Assembly (NCBI GenBank): GCA_038087875.1
Contig: CM075995.1
Coordinates: 4,218,001-4,282,000, forward strand
From: Malacoraja senta
Taxonomy: Eukaryota
DNA: 64,000 nt
Direction: 5' to 3'
The notes under the pieces are model-generated. The model had not been told where the DNA came from. It ran no database searches and saw only the letters and a list, made by a program, of their open reading frames with translations. Position 1 is the first letter of the stretch. Every line of letters begins with the position of its first letter. This document shows, piece after piece, positions 37,605 to 51,019 of this stretch. The position numbers and the translations under genes were made by a program.

Positions 37605-38809
37605 AGATATTTGCAGTAATATGTCCAGGAATGTTTTCTCAAGCAATATGTCGATGCCCTACTAAAGAGGGGACAACATCCAACCTTGTCTGGGGAAATA
37701 AATCCCAGTAAGTGACTGATATGTCAGTGGTAGAGTACTTTGAAACCCTGGGGTCCCTGGTTGATAAGACATATAGAGGCTCTGGGCAAGAGAAAGAAGG
37801 CAGTATATGTTAGGCACAAGTATCTGAGATGAAGCAAATCTCTTGAGGAGTGTATGGATGTAAGAATGTTTAGTTTTAGTTTAGTTTAATTTAGAAATAC
37901 AGCGCGGAAACAGGCCCTTCGGCCCACCAGGTCAGCACCGACCAGCAATCCCCGCACATCAACACTAAACAATTAAAGATAGTCCAAGGGTCTCCAATGA
38001 GGTAGATGGTAGGTCAAGACTGAGCTGAAGTTGTTGATACAATGGATCAGTTGCCTGATAACAGCTGTGAAGAAACTGTCTCTGATTCTGCAGGTCTGCG
38101 TTTTCACACTTATGTACCTCTTGCCTGATGGGAGAAGGGAGAAGGAGTTTCCGGGGTGAGACTCTTCCTTGATTTTAAAGATAGTCCAAAGGTCTCCAAT
38201 GGGGCAGAAGGGAGGTCAGGGCCGCTCTCTAGTTGGAGAGAGGACAGTTCCATTGCCCGATAAGAGCTGGGAAGAAACAGTTGGGATAGAAGACCTGCAA
38301 ACTGTGAAGCCATAGGAAGGAAAATGGATGGAATGGGACAGGGAGATGAGGAATAGGAGAAGTGAGTGCAATTCCACACCCTCTCTTCCCTTTGTCCAAC
38401 CTGGATTTGCAGCAGCTACAGAAGCAATCGAGCAGGCTGTCTGCTTCATTGACAAATACATTGAGGATCTGGTGAGCAACCAGTGAAAGGTCGTGCATAC
38501 TAGAAGGCCCAGAAATTGCCAACAGCCAAATTGGGAATGCAGTTGGGGGAAGAGGATGCCCAGATGGTTTTCAGCCAGACCTTTGTTTCACATACTTAGT
38601 CATACTTTGGGTCATAAGTAAGAACTCACATTTACAGACAAGTGCACTGTAATATAGAAACATAGAAAATAGGTGCAGGAATAGGCCATTCGGCCCTTCG
38701 AGCTAGCACCGCCATTCAATATGATCATGGCTGATCATCCCCAATCAGTACCCCATTCCTGCTTAGTACCCCAACCCTTGATTACATTAGCCCTAAGAGC
38801 TAAATCTAA

Positions 38810-39352
38810 AGGGCCTGTCCCACTTGGGCGACCTAATCCGTGGGTTCTGGCGAGTTTGCCCTTGGCTCATACTCGCAGCATGGTCGACACGAGGTCGTAG
38901 GAGGTCTTCGTAACTCTCCTTCATGCTCGAGAGTGGTCTCCGTGTACTCGAGGCCTCAGCTAGGTGGCGCCCTTTTTGTTCAATATGCTAAAAATTGCCC
39001 GCGAGTAAAAAAAGGTTGCCATGGAAAAAATCAATACATTTTTTACTCGTAGGTTTAGTCGTAGTAAGTCCTAGTAGGTCGGCATGTTAGTCGTTGGTAA
39101 TCGAGGGTAGTCAAAGGTAGTCGTAGATAGTCTTCATCATAGTCTAAGGGAGGTCGAAGGGAGGTGGTAGGAGATCGAAGGAGGTCATCTTCACTATCCA
39201 CTATTCAGTGCCCAATTTTCCCAAAGTTAGTTGTAGCTAGTCGTAGCTAGTCGAAGCTGGTCTTCAACATAGTCGAAGGAGGTCTTCTACATAGTCAAAG
39301 GAGCTCTTCAACATGTCATTTTTTCAAACTCTTCTAAACTCGCCAATTAGGT
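38810..39352. mobile_element. Harbinger-type MITE, right TIR lost (same family as 15341-15775)
   Basis: TAA|AGGGCCTGTCCCACT, then the same internal sequence as the 15341 copy. Confidence 0.85.
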
Positions 39353-39916
39353 ACTCTCTCTCTCGAAAACAACCAATGAATTGGACTCCACTACCTTCTG
39401 TGGCAGAGAATTCCACAGATTCACAACTCTCTAGGTGAAAATGTTTTTCCTCATCTCAGTCCTAAATGGCCTCCCCCTGGTTCTGGACTCCCCCAACATC
39501 GGGAACATTTTTCCTGCATCTAACCTGTAAAATCCCTTAACAATTTTATGTTTCTATAAGATTCCCTCTCATCCTAAATTCCAGTGAATACAAGCCCAGT
39601 TGACCCATTCTTTCCTCATATGTCGGTCCCGCCATCCTGGGAATTAATCTGGTGAACCTACGGTGCACTCCCTCAATAGCAAGAATGTCCTGCCTCAAAT
39701 TAGGAGATCAAAATTGTACACGATACTCCAGGTGTGGTCTCTCCAGGGCCCTGAACAACTGCAGTAGCTCCTAAACTCAAAACCTCTCGCAATGAAAGCC
39801 AACATGCCATTAGCTTTCTTCACTGCCTGCTTTCCTGCATGCTTACTTTCAGTGATTGATGTACAAGCACACCCAGATTTCATTTCATCCCCTTTTCCTA
39901 ATCTGACACCTTTCAG

Positions 39917-40680
39917 TCCTTCAGTCTGTCCTTTCTTCTGTTTTTGTTATTTTTAGTAGAATAGAATAGAATAGAATGCCTTTTATTGTCATTCAAACAG
40001 CTTGGTTTGAACGAAATAGCATTTCTACAGTCTTAACAGTATGTTAAAATATGTTTTAGTGTTCCTTGGTTTGTTTTATGTGGGGTTGGGGGGGGGGGGT
40101 GAGGGGGGAGGGGGGTTTGGGGGAAACTTTTTTTCAATCTCTTACCTCGGCAGAGATGCGATTTTTTTCCGTATCGTATCTCCGTCCCCACTGCGGCCTA
40201 ACATCGTGGAGTTGGCTTGCCTTTCCTGGAGACCAGCGGGCGCTCCAAGCCACCGGAGTCTGCGGGACTTTAACCTCGCGGAGCTTGCGATCCCTTTTCC
40301 GGGGATCGAAGCTCCAACCGCGGGGCCTGTGGGACTTTAACATCGTGAAGCCCGCAGTCTCTGGTAAGAAGAGGCCGACTGGAATTCCATGCCGCGGAAG
40401 GTTTCAACCGCCCCAACGTCTGCTGCGGGGGCTTTGATCGCCCCGACTGCTGATAATTGGACTGCCCCGACCACGGGAGAACAAAGAGGAAGAAGATGGA
40501 ACCTTATTGCCTTCCATCACGGTGAAGAATGTGGAATCCACTGTGATGGATGTTCATGTTAACTTTTATGTGGTTGTGTGTCTTGTTGCTTTTCACTTAG
40601 TATGGCTCTACGGTAATTCAACTTTCACTGTACCTTAACTGGCACATGTGACAATAAACTGACCTCGAAACCTTGAAACC
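39917..40680 (+). mobile_element. Non-coding CpG-rich retroposon with a Rex/L2-like tail (related copy at 51241-51686)
   Basis: Shared TTATTGCCTTCCATCAC..GTACCTTAA..GTGACAATAAA + short-repeat tail; both copies sit inside CR1s. Confidence 0.6.
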
Positions 40681-41202
40681 TACAGATAATAATCTGCCTT
40701 CCTGTTCTTGCCACCAAATTGGATAACTTCTTCATGCACTTTAATCCACATCATACTGCATCTGCCATGCATCTGCCCACTCGCCCAACCTATCCAAGTC
40801 ACCCTGCAGCCTCATTGCATTCTCCTCGCAGCTCATACTGCCACCCAGCTTTGTGTCATCCGCAATGAAGTCATACTTTGAGTCAAAAGTAAGAACTCAC
40901 CTTTACAGACAAGAGCACTGCAATACAGACACGTCTGAAGTTCTGTATACCAGTTCCACGAAGATCGGCTGCAACAAGCTCCCAAACTAACCCCAGTAAT
41001 TGATGAAGCCATTAAATAATGCAGGTGCAAAAAGTATTGGAGACATTGTAATAATAATGGACGATATTTGTAATTTAAAAATGTAAGACTGGTATCGATT
41101 TTAATATGATATGTATCTACCTCCAATAAAAAATATCTTTAAAAAAAAAATAATAATAATGCAGGTGCAGAACTTTCCCCTTTCTGCTCAGGTCTGCTAT
41201 TT

Positions 41203-41400
41203 TGTGTGTGTGTGTGTGTGTGTGCGCGTGTGCGCGTGTGCGCGTGTGAGCGTGTGCGCGTGTGCGCGTGTGCGCGCGTGCGCGTGTGAGTGCGTGCGCG
41301 TGTGTGTGCGTGTGTGTGCGTGTGTGCGTGTGTGTGTGTGCGCGTGTGTGTGTGTGTGTGCGCGTGTGCGCGTGTGCGCGTGTGTGTGTGTGTGTGTGTG
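41203..41400. repeat. (GT/GC)n alternating purine-pyrimidine microsatellite
   Basis: About 200 bp of TG/CG dinucleotides. Confidence 0.95.
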
Positions 41401-41634
41401 TTGAACTGACGTGAATCAATTTCACGCATCGATCGTGCCTTATAGGAGGACCGACATAATCTTCTCCAGTGCATCAGAAAGTTACAGTATGCACAATTCC
41501 TGCTGTGAGATCATGATTGCACAGTGATCAGTCATTCTACAATCTAATCATGCCTTTCATGGAAACAAGTACAGCAACAGAAAATTTCAAAGCCTCGAGA
41601 TTTTGTTGTGGCTCACTACTTTGGAACAAGGCAC

Positions 41635-41980
41635 AGGTTTGGATAGAGTGGATGTGGAGAGGATGTTTTCACTAGCGGGAGAGTCTAGGGCCAGAGGGCA
41701 TAGCCTCAGAATTAAAGTACATCCGTTTAGGAAGGAAATTAGGAAGAATTTCTTTAGTCAGGGGGTGGTGAATCTGTGGAATTCATTCCACAAAAGGCTG
41801 TGGAGGCCAAATCAATGGATATTTTTAAGGTAGAGTTAGATGGATTCTACATTAGTACGGGTGTGAGGGGTTATGGGGAGAAGGCAGGAGAGTGGGATTA
41901 AGAGGGAAAGTGAGATTAGCCATGATTGAATGGCAGAGTAGACTTGATGGGCCGAATGGCCTAATTCTGCTCCAATCACT
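41635..41980 (+). mobile_element. CR1 3' fragment
   Basis: ORF 41603..41833 (GLDRVDVERMF..GHSLRIK). Confidence 0.85.
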
Positions 41981-44191
41981 TCTGAAAGGTTGCTGAAAAT
42001 AATTTAGTGAATTATTGGGTAAAGTGACAGGTTAGTGAAGTGTGTTCAACAAAGAATTTAACCTGGTAAACAATCAATTTAAACCAGACACAAGGGACTG
42101 CAGATGCAGGTTAAAAAAAAGACACAAAGTGCTGGAACAATTCCGCATTTCTGGATGACATGCGTAAGTGACGCTTCGGGTCGGGACACATTCTTCAGAC
42201 TGATTGTAGTAAGGGAGAAAAAACGGGAATGAAATAACACACTGATAAAGATATAATAATCGGTAATACAATGAATTAATAACTGGAATATTAGGAAACC
42301 ATAATAGTGCCAAAACCAAAGACATAGTCCATACAAGGTCATAGTTGTTGAGGTTGAGGTTAGTGTTGAGCAGTGTTCAAGAGCCTGACATTTGCTGGGA
42401 AGAAGCTCATGATTTTCAGGCTCCTGTACCAGAGAGTTGTGAGTATGGAATTATCTGCCTCGGAGGGCGGTGGAGGCAGGTTCTCTGGATGCTTTCAAGA
42501 GAGAGCTAGATAGGGCTCTTAAAGATAGCGGAGTCAAGGGGATATGGGGAGAAGGCAGGAACGGGGTACTGATTGGTGATGATCAGCCATGATCACATTG
42601 AATGGCAGTGCTGGCTCAAAGGGCCGAATGGCCTACTCCTGCACCTATTGTCTATTGTCTATTCTTCCCGATGGTAGTAGCCAAATGAGAGCGTGGCCAG
42701 GTTGGTGCGGGTCCTTGGTGATATTGGCTGCCTATTTGAGGCAGCACCACCTACAGATTCCTTTGATGATGGGGAGCAGTGCTTGTGATGGACTGAATAA
42801 TGTCCACCATTGTGGTCTCCTTTGTCCCTGAGCATTCGAATTGCAAAGTCGCCAAACAGGCCATGATGCGACCAGTCGGTACCCTCTCTGCCGGTAGAGG
42901 TTCTCCAGCCTCTCCCCAACATCAATGCCACCACACTACACACTTCCTCGGGAAAGCAGCCAACATAATCAAAGACCTAGTAATTCCCCAGAAATTCCTG
43001 TCACCCTAGAATTGTCACCCGAGGAATTCCCTCTTCTCCCCGCTGCCATCGGGCAGAAGAGGCAAAAGCTTTGAAACATGTATCTGTAGTTCTGTTGTTT
43101 TGCGTAATCCCGCAGGCATTGCCACTTTCATTTCACTGTACATCTTGTATGTACATTTGACAAATAAAGTTGACTTGACTTGACTTGACCAATTTCAGGA
43201 ACAGCATTTTCAGCCTAATGAACAGTTCTTTCATAACTCAAATTTCAGTGTACCTTAATTGGTACATGTGACAATTAAATTGAATCTTGAATCTTGAATC
43301 TTAAATCTTGAAGCTAAATGTGTGATACCCAATTCACTTCATTGTGGACCTTGCACCTTTTTCTGCACTAACTCTGTAACTATAATACTATAATACTGTA
43401 ACACAATATTCTGCACATTAATATTTCTTTCTTTGCACTACCCGTGCCACTTGTCTATGCCTTGATTGTACTCGTGTAGTATGATTTGAATGGAGAGCAC
43501 ACAAACTAACTTTCTTGATGTATCTCTGTACACATGACAATAATAAACCAATACCAATGTTTTGCCTGACCATGTACCTGTGTATGGTACATGGTCAGGC
43601 AATGTATCTTAAATATTGTCATTGTACCTACCTCAACTACCTCCTCTGGCAGCTTGTTCCATGTACCCACCAACCTCTGTGTAAAAAACTTGCACCTCAG
43701 ATCCCTTTCACCTTAAGCCTATATCCTCTAATTTTCAGACAGTGACTACCATGGGAAAAAGACCATGACTATCTAACCTTTCTATGCCCCTCATGATTTC
43801 ACAAACCTTGAAAAGGCCACCCCTATGTTTCCTTCACTGCAGGCTAAACAATCCCAGCCTATCCAACATTTCTTTACAAATGTAAGCCTTCCAGTCTAGG
43901 TTACATGTCTGAGAGTCTTTTCTGCACCCTCGCTAAGGTCACCCACTCAGGCCATGGCATCTCAAATGCTCACCTAAGCACTTCTTATTTGTCTCCAACA
44001 TCCTCTCAAGCTGTGCCTTACAAATTCCAATCCACCTTCTGGATGACAAAGTTCCTCCTTCGGTCCCCTGTAAATCTCCCACCCCTTACCTTAAAGCTAT
44101 GCTGCCTCGGTATAGACATTGACAGTTTGGAATTAGCTGCGCAGGTGACCAAAGAGAGATGAGTTATATTGGGGTGGATGTAGGCTTTGAA

Positions 44192-44512
44192 GTTTAGTTT
44201 AGTTTAGTTTAGTTTAGAGATACCGCGTGGAAACAGGCTCACCAGGTCTGTGCCGACCAGCAATCCCCGCATATTAACACTATCCTACACACACTATGGA
44301 CAATTTTTACATTTACCATGCCAATTTACCTACATGCGTGTACGTCTTTGGAGTGGGGGAGGAAACCGAAGATCTCGGAGAAAACCCACGCAGGTCACGA
44401 GGAGAACGTACAAACTCCGTACAGACAGCACCCGTGGTCGGAATCGAACCTGGGTCTCCGGCGCTGCAAGCGCTGTAAGGCAGCAACTCTACCGCTGCAC
44501 CACCGTGCCGCC
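44192..44512 (-). mobile_element. Full-length V-SINE
   Basis: (GTTTA)n tail at left, tRNA head at right. Confidence 0.9.
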
Positions 44513-45554
44513 ACTAGTTCACAACTAGTTTTGAGTATATTCAAAGTTTTTTAGTGATAGGCTGGAAAGCAAACAAGAAAGACAACTAGAGAGCACTCCT
44601 GAACTACTATCTATCTCATTGGAGATCGTCGGACTATCTTTGATTGGACTTGACTCACTTTACCTTCGACACTTCGACACAAAATGCTGGAATAACTCAG
44701 CGGGACAGGCAGCATCTCTGGAGTGAAGGAATGGGTAACGTTTCGGTTTCGGGTCAAGACCCTTCTTCTTATTCCCTTCCCTTGCGCTCATTCCCTTCTC
44801 ATGTATCTGTACACTGTGATTGTAATCATGAAAAAGTTTCCACTCAAGTTCCTATGAAATCCTTCCTCTTTCACCTCTCACCTTTGCCTTCCTTGATTCC
44901 CCTACCTTGGGTAAAACGATTGTGCATTCACCATATCCATTCCCAATAAGTTGCCTATTCTACTACCTACGTTACAGCTTTTCTAATTCTAAATCCAATT
45001 TCAAAAGATAAATGATGCTGGTACTGCATGCCTATAAATTAGACTTTGATATTTTCTTTTTAATTTTTGACATATGAAGACATACGTGGAAAGGGAAACT
45101 AATATAAATCAAGCCCAAAAGCAAGAAAAAGCAAATGATCTCATCTGTAACATTGCCTGCAGCTAACTTCCACTCTAATTCCCAAAGAGTGAGGAAAAAA
45201 AGAAAAAACTATTATGTGTTATGTACAGAGACTAAAGATGGATAAACCGCAAGGGGTAATTGTAGAAAAGCAAATAATGAAATTTGTTTAAGTTCCTCCT
45301 TGAACACACATAAATGAAACAATAATGCTATTAAGAGTTTTGATATCAGGAGGCTGTCAAACATGTCACGACCAACAGAGTTTTTTAATCAAAATTATAT
45401 ACAATTCTATCTTATCTAAGCTGAACTTTCTTCACATTTCCTGATCAAAAGCATTATTTGATTGTTTCTGGTTCTGCTGGTTCTCCATAATAATACCTCA
45501 GAATGAAACCAAAGCTTTTCAGAAGAAAATACAGCTGAATCCTACAAATCTTCA

Positions 45555-45915
45555 TAAAAGTCATAAGAGATAGGGGAAGAATTAGGTAATTTGGCCAAGC
45601 CGGTCTACTCCGTCATTCAATCATGGCTGATCTATCTCTCCTTCCTAACCCAATTATCCTGCCTTCTCCCTATAACCCCTGACACCCGTACTAATAAAGA
45701 ATCTATCTATCTCTGCCTTTAAATTCAACTGGCCTCCACAGCCTTCTGTGGCAAAGAATTCCACAGATTCACCACCCTCTGACTAAATAAATTCCTCCTC
45801 ATCTCCTTCCTTAAGGAATGTCCTTTAATTCTGATGCTATGACCTCTAGTCCTAGACTCTCCCACTAGTGGAAACATCCTCTCCACATCCACTCTATCCA
45901 AGCCTTTCATATTCA
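45555..45915 (-). mobile_element. CR1 3' fragment
   Basis: ORF 45725..45910. Confidence 0.85.
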
Positions 45916-46555
45916 GTAAGTATGTATTTAGTGAATGTTAAATTATTCTCTCAGTAGATTTGTGTGTACCGAGTTCTGTTTGGAACCCAACGTCAACCGT
46001 CATTTTAAATATTGCAGCATGTCGTTGCAACCCAGCGTGAATCCAAGCTGTGTCTGTACATCAGTCTGAAGAAGGGTCTCGACCTGAATTGTCACCCATT
46101 GCTTCTCTCCAGAGACGCTGCCTGTCCCACTCAGCTATTCCAGCATTTTGTGTCTACCTTCTGTATCTGTTCACTGTGGACGGCTCGATTGTAATTAAGT
46201 ATTGCTTTCCGCTGACTGGTTAGCGCGCAACAAAACCTTTTCACTGTACCTCGGTACACGTGGCAATGAACTAAACTCAACTCAACGCTGCCGCCGCTGA
46301 CACTACTGCAAGCTCCCTCACCTCTACGCACCCCACTGCCAACCATTTCTCTCTTGCATCTCTCTGGACCCAGACCTGAAAGCATTCCTTCTGTGAATTC
46401 TGCATTGAAGCTGTGGATGAGAGAAAGGATTTCCTGCGTGCAGGGCTGATTCAGTGGGAGCAGCCACCCTATTCCATTATAGAACAACTCCTAATGTTGC
46501 AACAGTCAATGGTCTATATCATTGATCTATAGTCAATGGTTTCTTTATTATAACA

Positions 46556-47990
46556 CTAGACTAAGTGGGACCCATTGGGTCCCATGTTCACACGGGAGGG
46601 CTGGTCTCCCAAAGCAATATTCCACCTCTCCACCAATACCAATATTGGTGGCCTGTGGGGGGGAGGGGCTTTCTGGAGTGCTAGTATGTCTGTTGTGGGC
46701 CGAAGGAACTGGTTTCCAGAAGGCTAGTGTGGGCATTGTGGGCCGAATGGATTCTTGGGCTGGCAGCTCAGTCACTCAGGCCTGGTGGGCTGGCAGCTTA
46801 TTCACTCAGGCCTGGTGGGCTGGCAGCTCAGTCACTCAGGCCTGGTAGGCTGGCAGCTCAGTCACTCAGGCCTGGTGGGCTGGCAGCTCAGTCACTCAGG
46901 CCTGGTGGGCTGGCAGCTAAGTCACTCAGGCCTGGTGGGCTGGCAGCTCAGAAACTGCCAGAAATTCTGCCCAAAACAGGTGAGAGACTCTGTGAGAAAG
47001 AAGGGGGAGAGGGGGAGAGTCAATTTTAGACATTTTTCATCTTTTTCTGCAGATCACAGCAATGAAGGAGGAAAGTTTAACCTGGCCTGGATCTCACAGG
47101 GAGCCAATGAAGGGAGGAAGAAAAATACTGGGGTGAGGTTTAATACTTGCAGGGGGAATACTTACTGATGGGCCGAAGGGACTCCTTTTGGACTAGTACA
47201 GGCCTGAAGGGCCGACGGGATCTTTAAAAAATCTGACTGAAATCACAGTGAAAGGCACTTTTTCTGGACTTTTCCTGGCTTGGCACGGACCTTTTGGGCC
47301 AAAATGCTCCTGCTGGGCTAATACTGGCATTTTGGGCAAAAGGAACTGGTTTCTTGGCTAATAGGGGCCTTGTGGGATGAAATTAGTGGTTTCAGGCAGG
47401 CCAAACAACTCATTTCATTTCATTTCCATTTTAATTTCAAGCACAGGGCAGACCAAACAGCTCATTGCATTTTCATTTCATTTCCATTTCCATTACAGTT
47501 TCAAGCACAGGCCAGGCCAAACAGCTGATTGCATTTTCATTTCACTTCCATTGCCATTGCAGTTTCAAGCACAGGGCAGGCCGAACAGCTGATTGCATTT
47601 TCATTTCACTTCCATTGCCATTGCAGGTTCAAGCACAGGGAAGGCCAATCCAAACAGCTGATTGCATTTTCATCTCATTTCCATTGCCATTGCAGTTTCA
47701 AGCACAGGGCAGGCCAAGCCAAACAGCTCATTGCATTTTCATTTCATTTCCATTACCATTGCAGTTTCAAGCACAGGGCAGGCCAAGCCAAACAGATTGC
47801 ATTTTCATTTCATTTCCATTGCCATTGCACCTTACTCTTCCTTATCTCCATGTCTCACCATACATGAGCACAATCCACCCCGGTTAGACCAGAATGTACA
47901 GAACAGCCCACTGAATCCGTATGCAAGAGGCACCATTTTGACGCCATTTCGACGCCATTTGACAGTCCTAGCTGCAGCTGGCCTCAAAAG
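46556..47990 (-). mobile_element. Non-autonomous Helitron C (3' end clear, 5' end uncertain) with 30-bp and about 60-bp minisatellites
   Basis: A|CTAGACTAAGTGGGACCCATTGGGTCCCA at 46556; first ~520 bp similar to 20578-21020; arrays at about 46756-46950 and 47395-47830. Confidence 0.75.
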
Positions 47991-48139
47991 ACTCGTTGCA
48001 GCCACAGGCTATTACAAAGTGTGCATGAACTCCTTGGCCAAAACTCTTTCTTGGCACTATTTTCTAATGCTGCAAAGCACCCAGTAATGAAGATTGAGAA
48101 CAGACACAAAAAAGGAATTTGAGAACAGACACAGTGAGG

Positions 48140-48600
48140 AAAAGGAATAGGTGACATTTTGGGGAAAAGGAATAGGTGACATTTTGGGTCGAGACCCTCC
48201 TTCAGAATGTCAGGGAAAAGGGAACCGAGTGATATAGAAGATACGTAGGACAAATTAATGAAAATGATACAAAAAGTAAGGATATCAAGGAAATGTGGAG
48301 CCCACAATGGTCCCTTGTTGGCTGTGGGTAGGTGATAACGAATTATACCATCAGTGAAACTTAACAGGATGACAGTGAAACTAGTATGGCGTCTAGGGTG
48401 GGGGTGGGACGGAAAGAGAGGGGATGCAAGGATTACTTGGTTGGAGTTGGCCGCTGGGGTGTGAGCTGCCCAAGTGAAAAATGAGGTGCTGTTCCTCCAA
48501 TTTACGTTTAGCCTCACTCTGACAATGGAGGAGGCCCAGGACAGAAAGGTCAGTGCGGGAGTGGGAAGGGGAGTTGGCAACCGGGAGATCACGCAGGCCA
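48140..48600 (-). mobile_element. Penelope-like 3' fragment + pLTR
   Basis: Matches 27440-27900 and 4280-4600. Confidence 0.8.
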
Positions 48601-48874
48601 AGGCAGACTGGGGGGGGGGGGGGGGGGGTTTATGGAGCTTTCACTTCTGTGCAATTCGATTAACATACCCTTTACAAAGGTGTAATCCCTGGAAAGTGCA
48701 GAAAAGTAATGAAGGAAGTTCAGGCGCAGAAAGACAAAGCAGGAAAATAGGTGTACTATTTGGAAGCAGCTATGAGTGACATCTGCCCTCAAATTCATAA
48801 CTTTCTTCCATATCACTTTGGCCCAGCTCAAAGGTGCGAAGTTTGGCTTACGTGTTTTACTTTCATTGAACAAT

Positions 48875-49070
48875 GAAAGGAACTGCAGATGCTGGTTTAC
48901 ACCGAAGATAAACACAAAATGCTGGAGTAACTCAACAGGTCAGGCAGCATCTCTGGATAGAAAGAACCGGTGACGTTTCCGGTTGAGACCCTTCTTCAGA
49001 TTGAGAGTCAGGAGAGAGGGAAACGAGAGATATTGAGGGGTAAGGTATGAAAACCAGAGATCAAAGGAAA
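48875..49070 (-). mobile_element. Penelope pLTR unit
   Basis: GGAACTGCAGATGCTGG..GACCCTTCTTCAG. Confidence 0.8.
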
Positions 49071-49071
49071 A

Positions 49072-50150
49072 CATGGATAGAAAATTGGTTGGCAGACAGG
49101 AAACAAAGTGTAGGGATTAATGAGTCCCTTTCAGAATTACAGGCAGTGGGGCTTGGTGCTGGGACCGCAGATATTTACAATATACAATAATGATTTAGAT
49201 GAAGGGATTAAAAGTGACATTAGCAAATTTGCAGATGACACAAAGCTGGGTGGCAGTGTGAACTGTGAGGAGGATGCTCTGAGGATGCAGGGTGACTTGG
49301 ACAGGTTGGGTGAGTGGGCAGATGCCTGGCAGATGCAGTTTAATGTGGATAAATGTGAGGTTATCCACTTTACTGGCAGGAACAGGAAGGCAGATTATTA
49401 TCTGAATGGTGTCAAATTAGGAAAAGGGGAAGTACGAGATCTGGGTGTCCTTATTCATCAGTCACTGTAAGTAAGAATGCAGGTACAGCAGGCAGTGAAG
49501 CAAAGCTAATGCTGTTGGCCTTCAAAACAGTAGGAGTTGAGTATATGAGCAAAGAGGTCCTTTCTGCAGTTGTACAGGGCCCTGGTGAGACCACACCTGG
49601 AGTATTGTGTGCAGTTTTGGTCTCCAAATTTGAGGAAGGACATTCTTGCTATTGAGGGGGTGCAGCGTAGGTTCACGAGGTTTATTCCCGGGATGGCAGG
49701 TCTTTCATATGTTGAAAGAATGGAGCAACTGGGCTTGTATACACTGGAATTTAGAAGGATGAGAGGATATCTTATTGAAACATATAAGATTATTAAGGGA
49801 TTAGATACGCTAGAGGCAGGAAACATGTTCCCAATGTTGGGGGAGTCCAGAACCAGGGGCCACAGTTTAAGAATAAGGGGTTGCCCATAAAACAGAGATG
49901 AGAAAAACATTTTCACCCAGAGAGTTGTAAATCTGTGGAATTCTCTCCCTCAGAAGGCAGTGGAGGCCAATTATTTGGATGCTTTCAAGGAGAGTTAGAT
50001 AGAGCTCACAGATAGCGGAGCCAAGGGATATGGGGAGAAGGCAGGAACAGGGTTCTGATTGTGGATGACCAGCCATGATCACAGGGAATGGCGGTGCTGG
50101 CTCGAAGGGCCAAATGTCCAACTCCTGCACCTATTGTCTATTGTCTATTG
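49072..50150 (+). mobile_element. CR1 LINE, 5'-truncated, decayed
   Basis: ORFs 49120..49470 (KFADDTKLGG) and 49570..49890; CTATTGT tail. Confidence 0.93.
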
Positions 50151-51019
50151 AATTGGATCGCTGTTAGCTTGGGGAAGAGGTGACAATGAGGCAGACATTG
50201 TAACATTTAATCAGGAGAACAGTCAGACTAGCATGGGGAGTGAGGGAAAGTAAGGGTTACTTGGTTAGAGAAGTCAATATTCATACCGCTAGGTTGTAAG
50301 CTGCCCAAGCAAAATATGAGGTGCTGCTGTTCCATTTTGCGTTGGGCCTCACCTACGTTTACTTATGTGTTTCACTGAATGGCTCTAATACATAAAGGAC
50401 AGGGATGCTGCTGATAACACTAGGAGGTATGGCAATGTGTTCTTACATGTCAGAACATGTTCAGGCTGACAAGACACTGTGTCTGCCTGCGGCCACGGAA
50501 ACCAGCAGCACTAAACAGCAATTGAGAGCATTTTAAGATGTTCCATCTACACATCTTGGACAATACAGCTCACTCCCTCCATGACACACTACTCAACCTG
50601 AGGAGTACCTTCAACAACAGACTGGTTCCACCAAGATGCAGGCAGAACACCACAGGAGATCCTTCTTCCCTGTGGCTGTCAAACTGTACAACTCCTCCCC
50701 CTTCTGTGGTGGATCAGACTGACTCCCCCCACCTTCCCCAATCTTTGCACATCCCCAATCCTTTCCACTCGTCACTTTCATTTCATGTTTCATGTATTTT
50801 GTGTTTTTAATGACTGTTGGCAGATCAATTTCCTTCCTGGGATAAATAAAGTTCTGTCATATCGTTTCGTATCAGCACATTGTTAATATTTTCCTCGCTG
50901 CTGAAGTAACTCCAGATGTCGTGGGACTATTCCTGTTCCAAAATGTTTCGCATTTGAACACCATCATGTACAGCACAGACAATATGCATCGAAGTGACTG
51001 TTCCTGGTCTTTTCCTATT

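Larger units (their letters stand above)
38655..40868 (-). mobile_element. CR1 LINE with nested insertions, flanked by a 57-bp direct repeat
   Basis: Tail at 38655, ORF 39695..39883, DDTKLGG DNA near 40860; flanking repeats at 38598-38654 and 40869-40925. Confidence 0.88.

Noticed and set aside
46727..48087. Repetitive ORFs and a CRISPR-like appearance
   Set aside because: Head-to-tail minisatellites with no unique spacers, eukaryotic context and no cas genes
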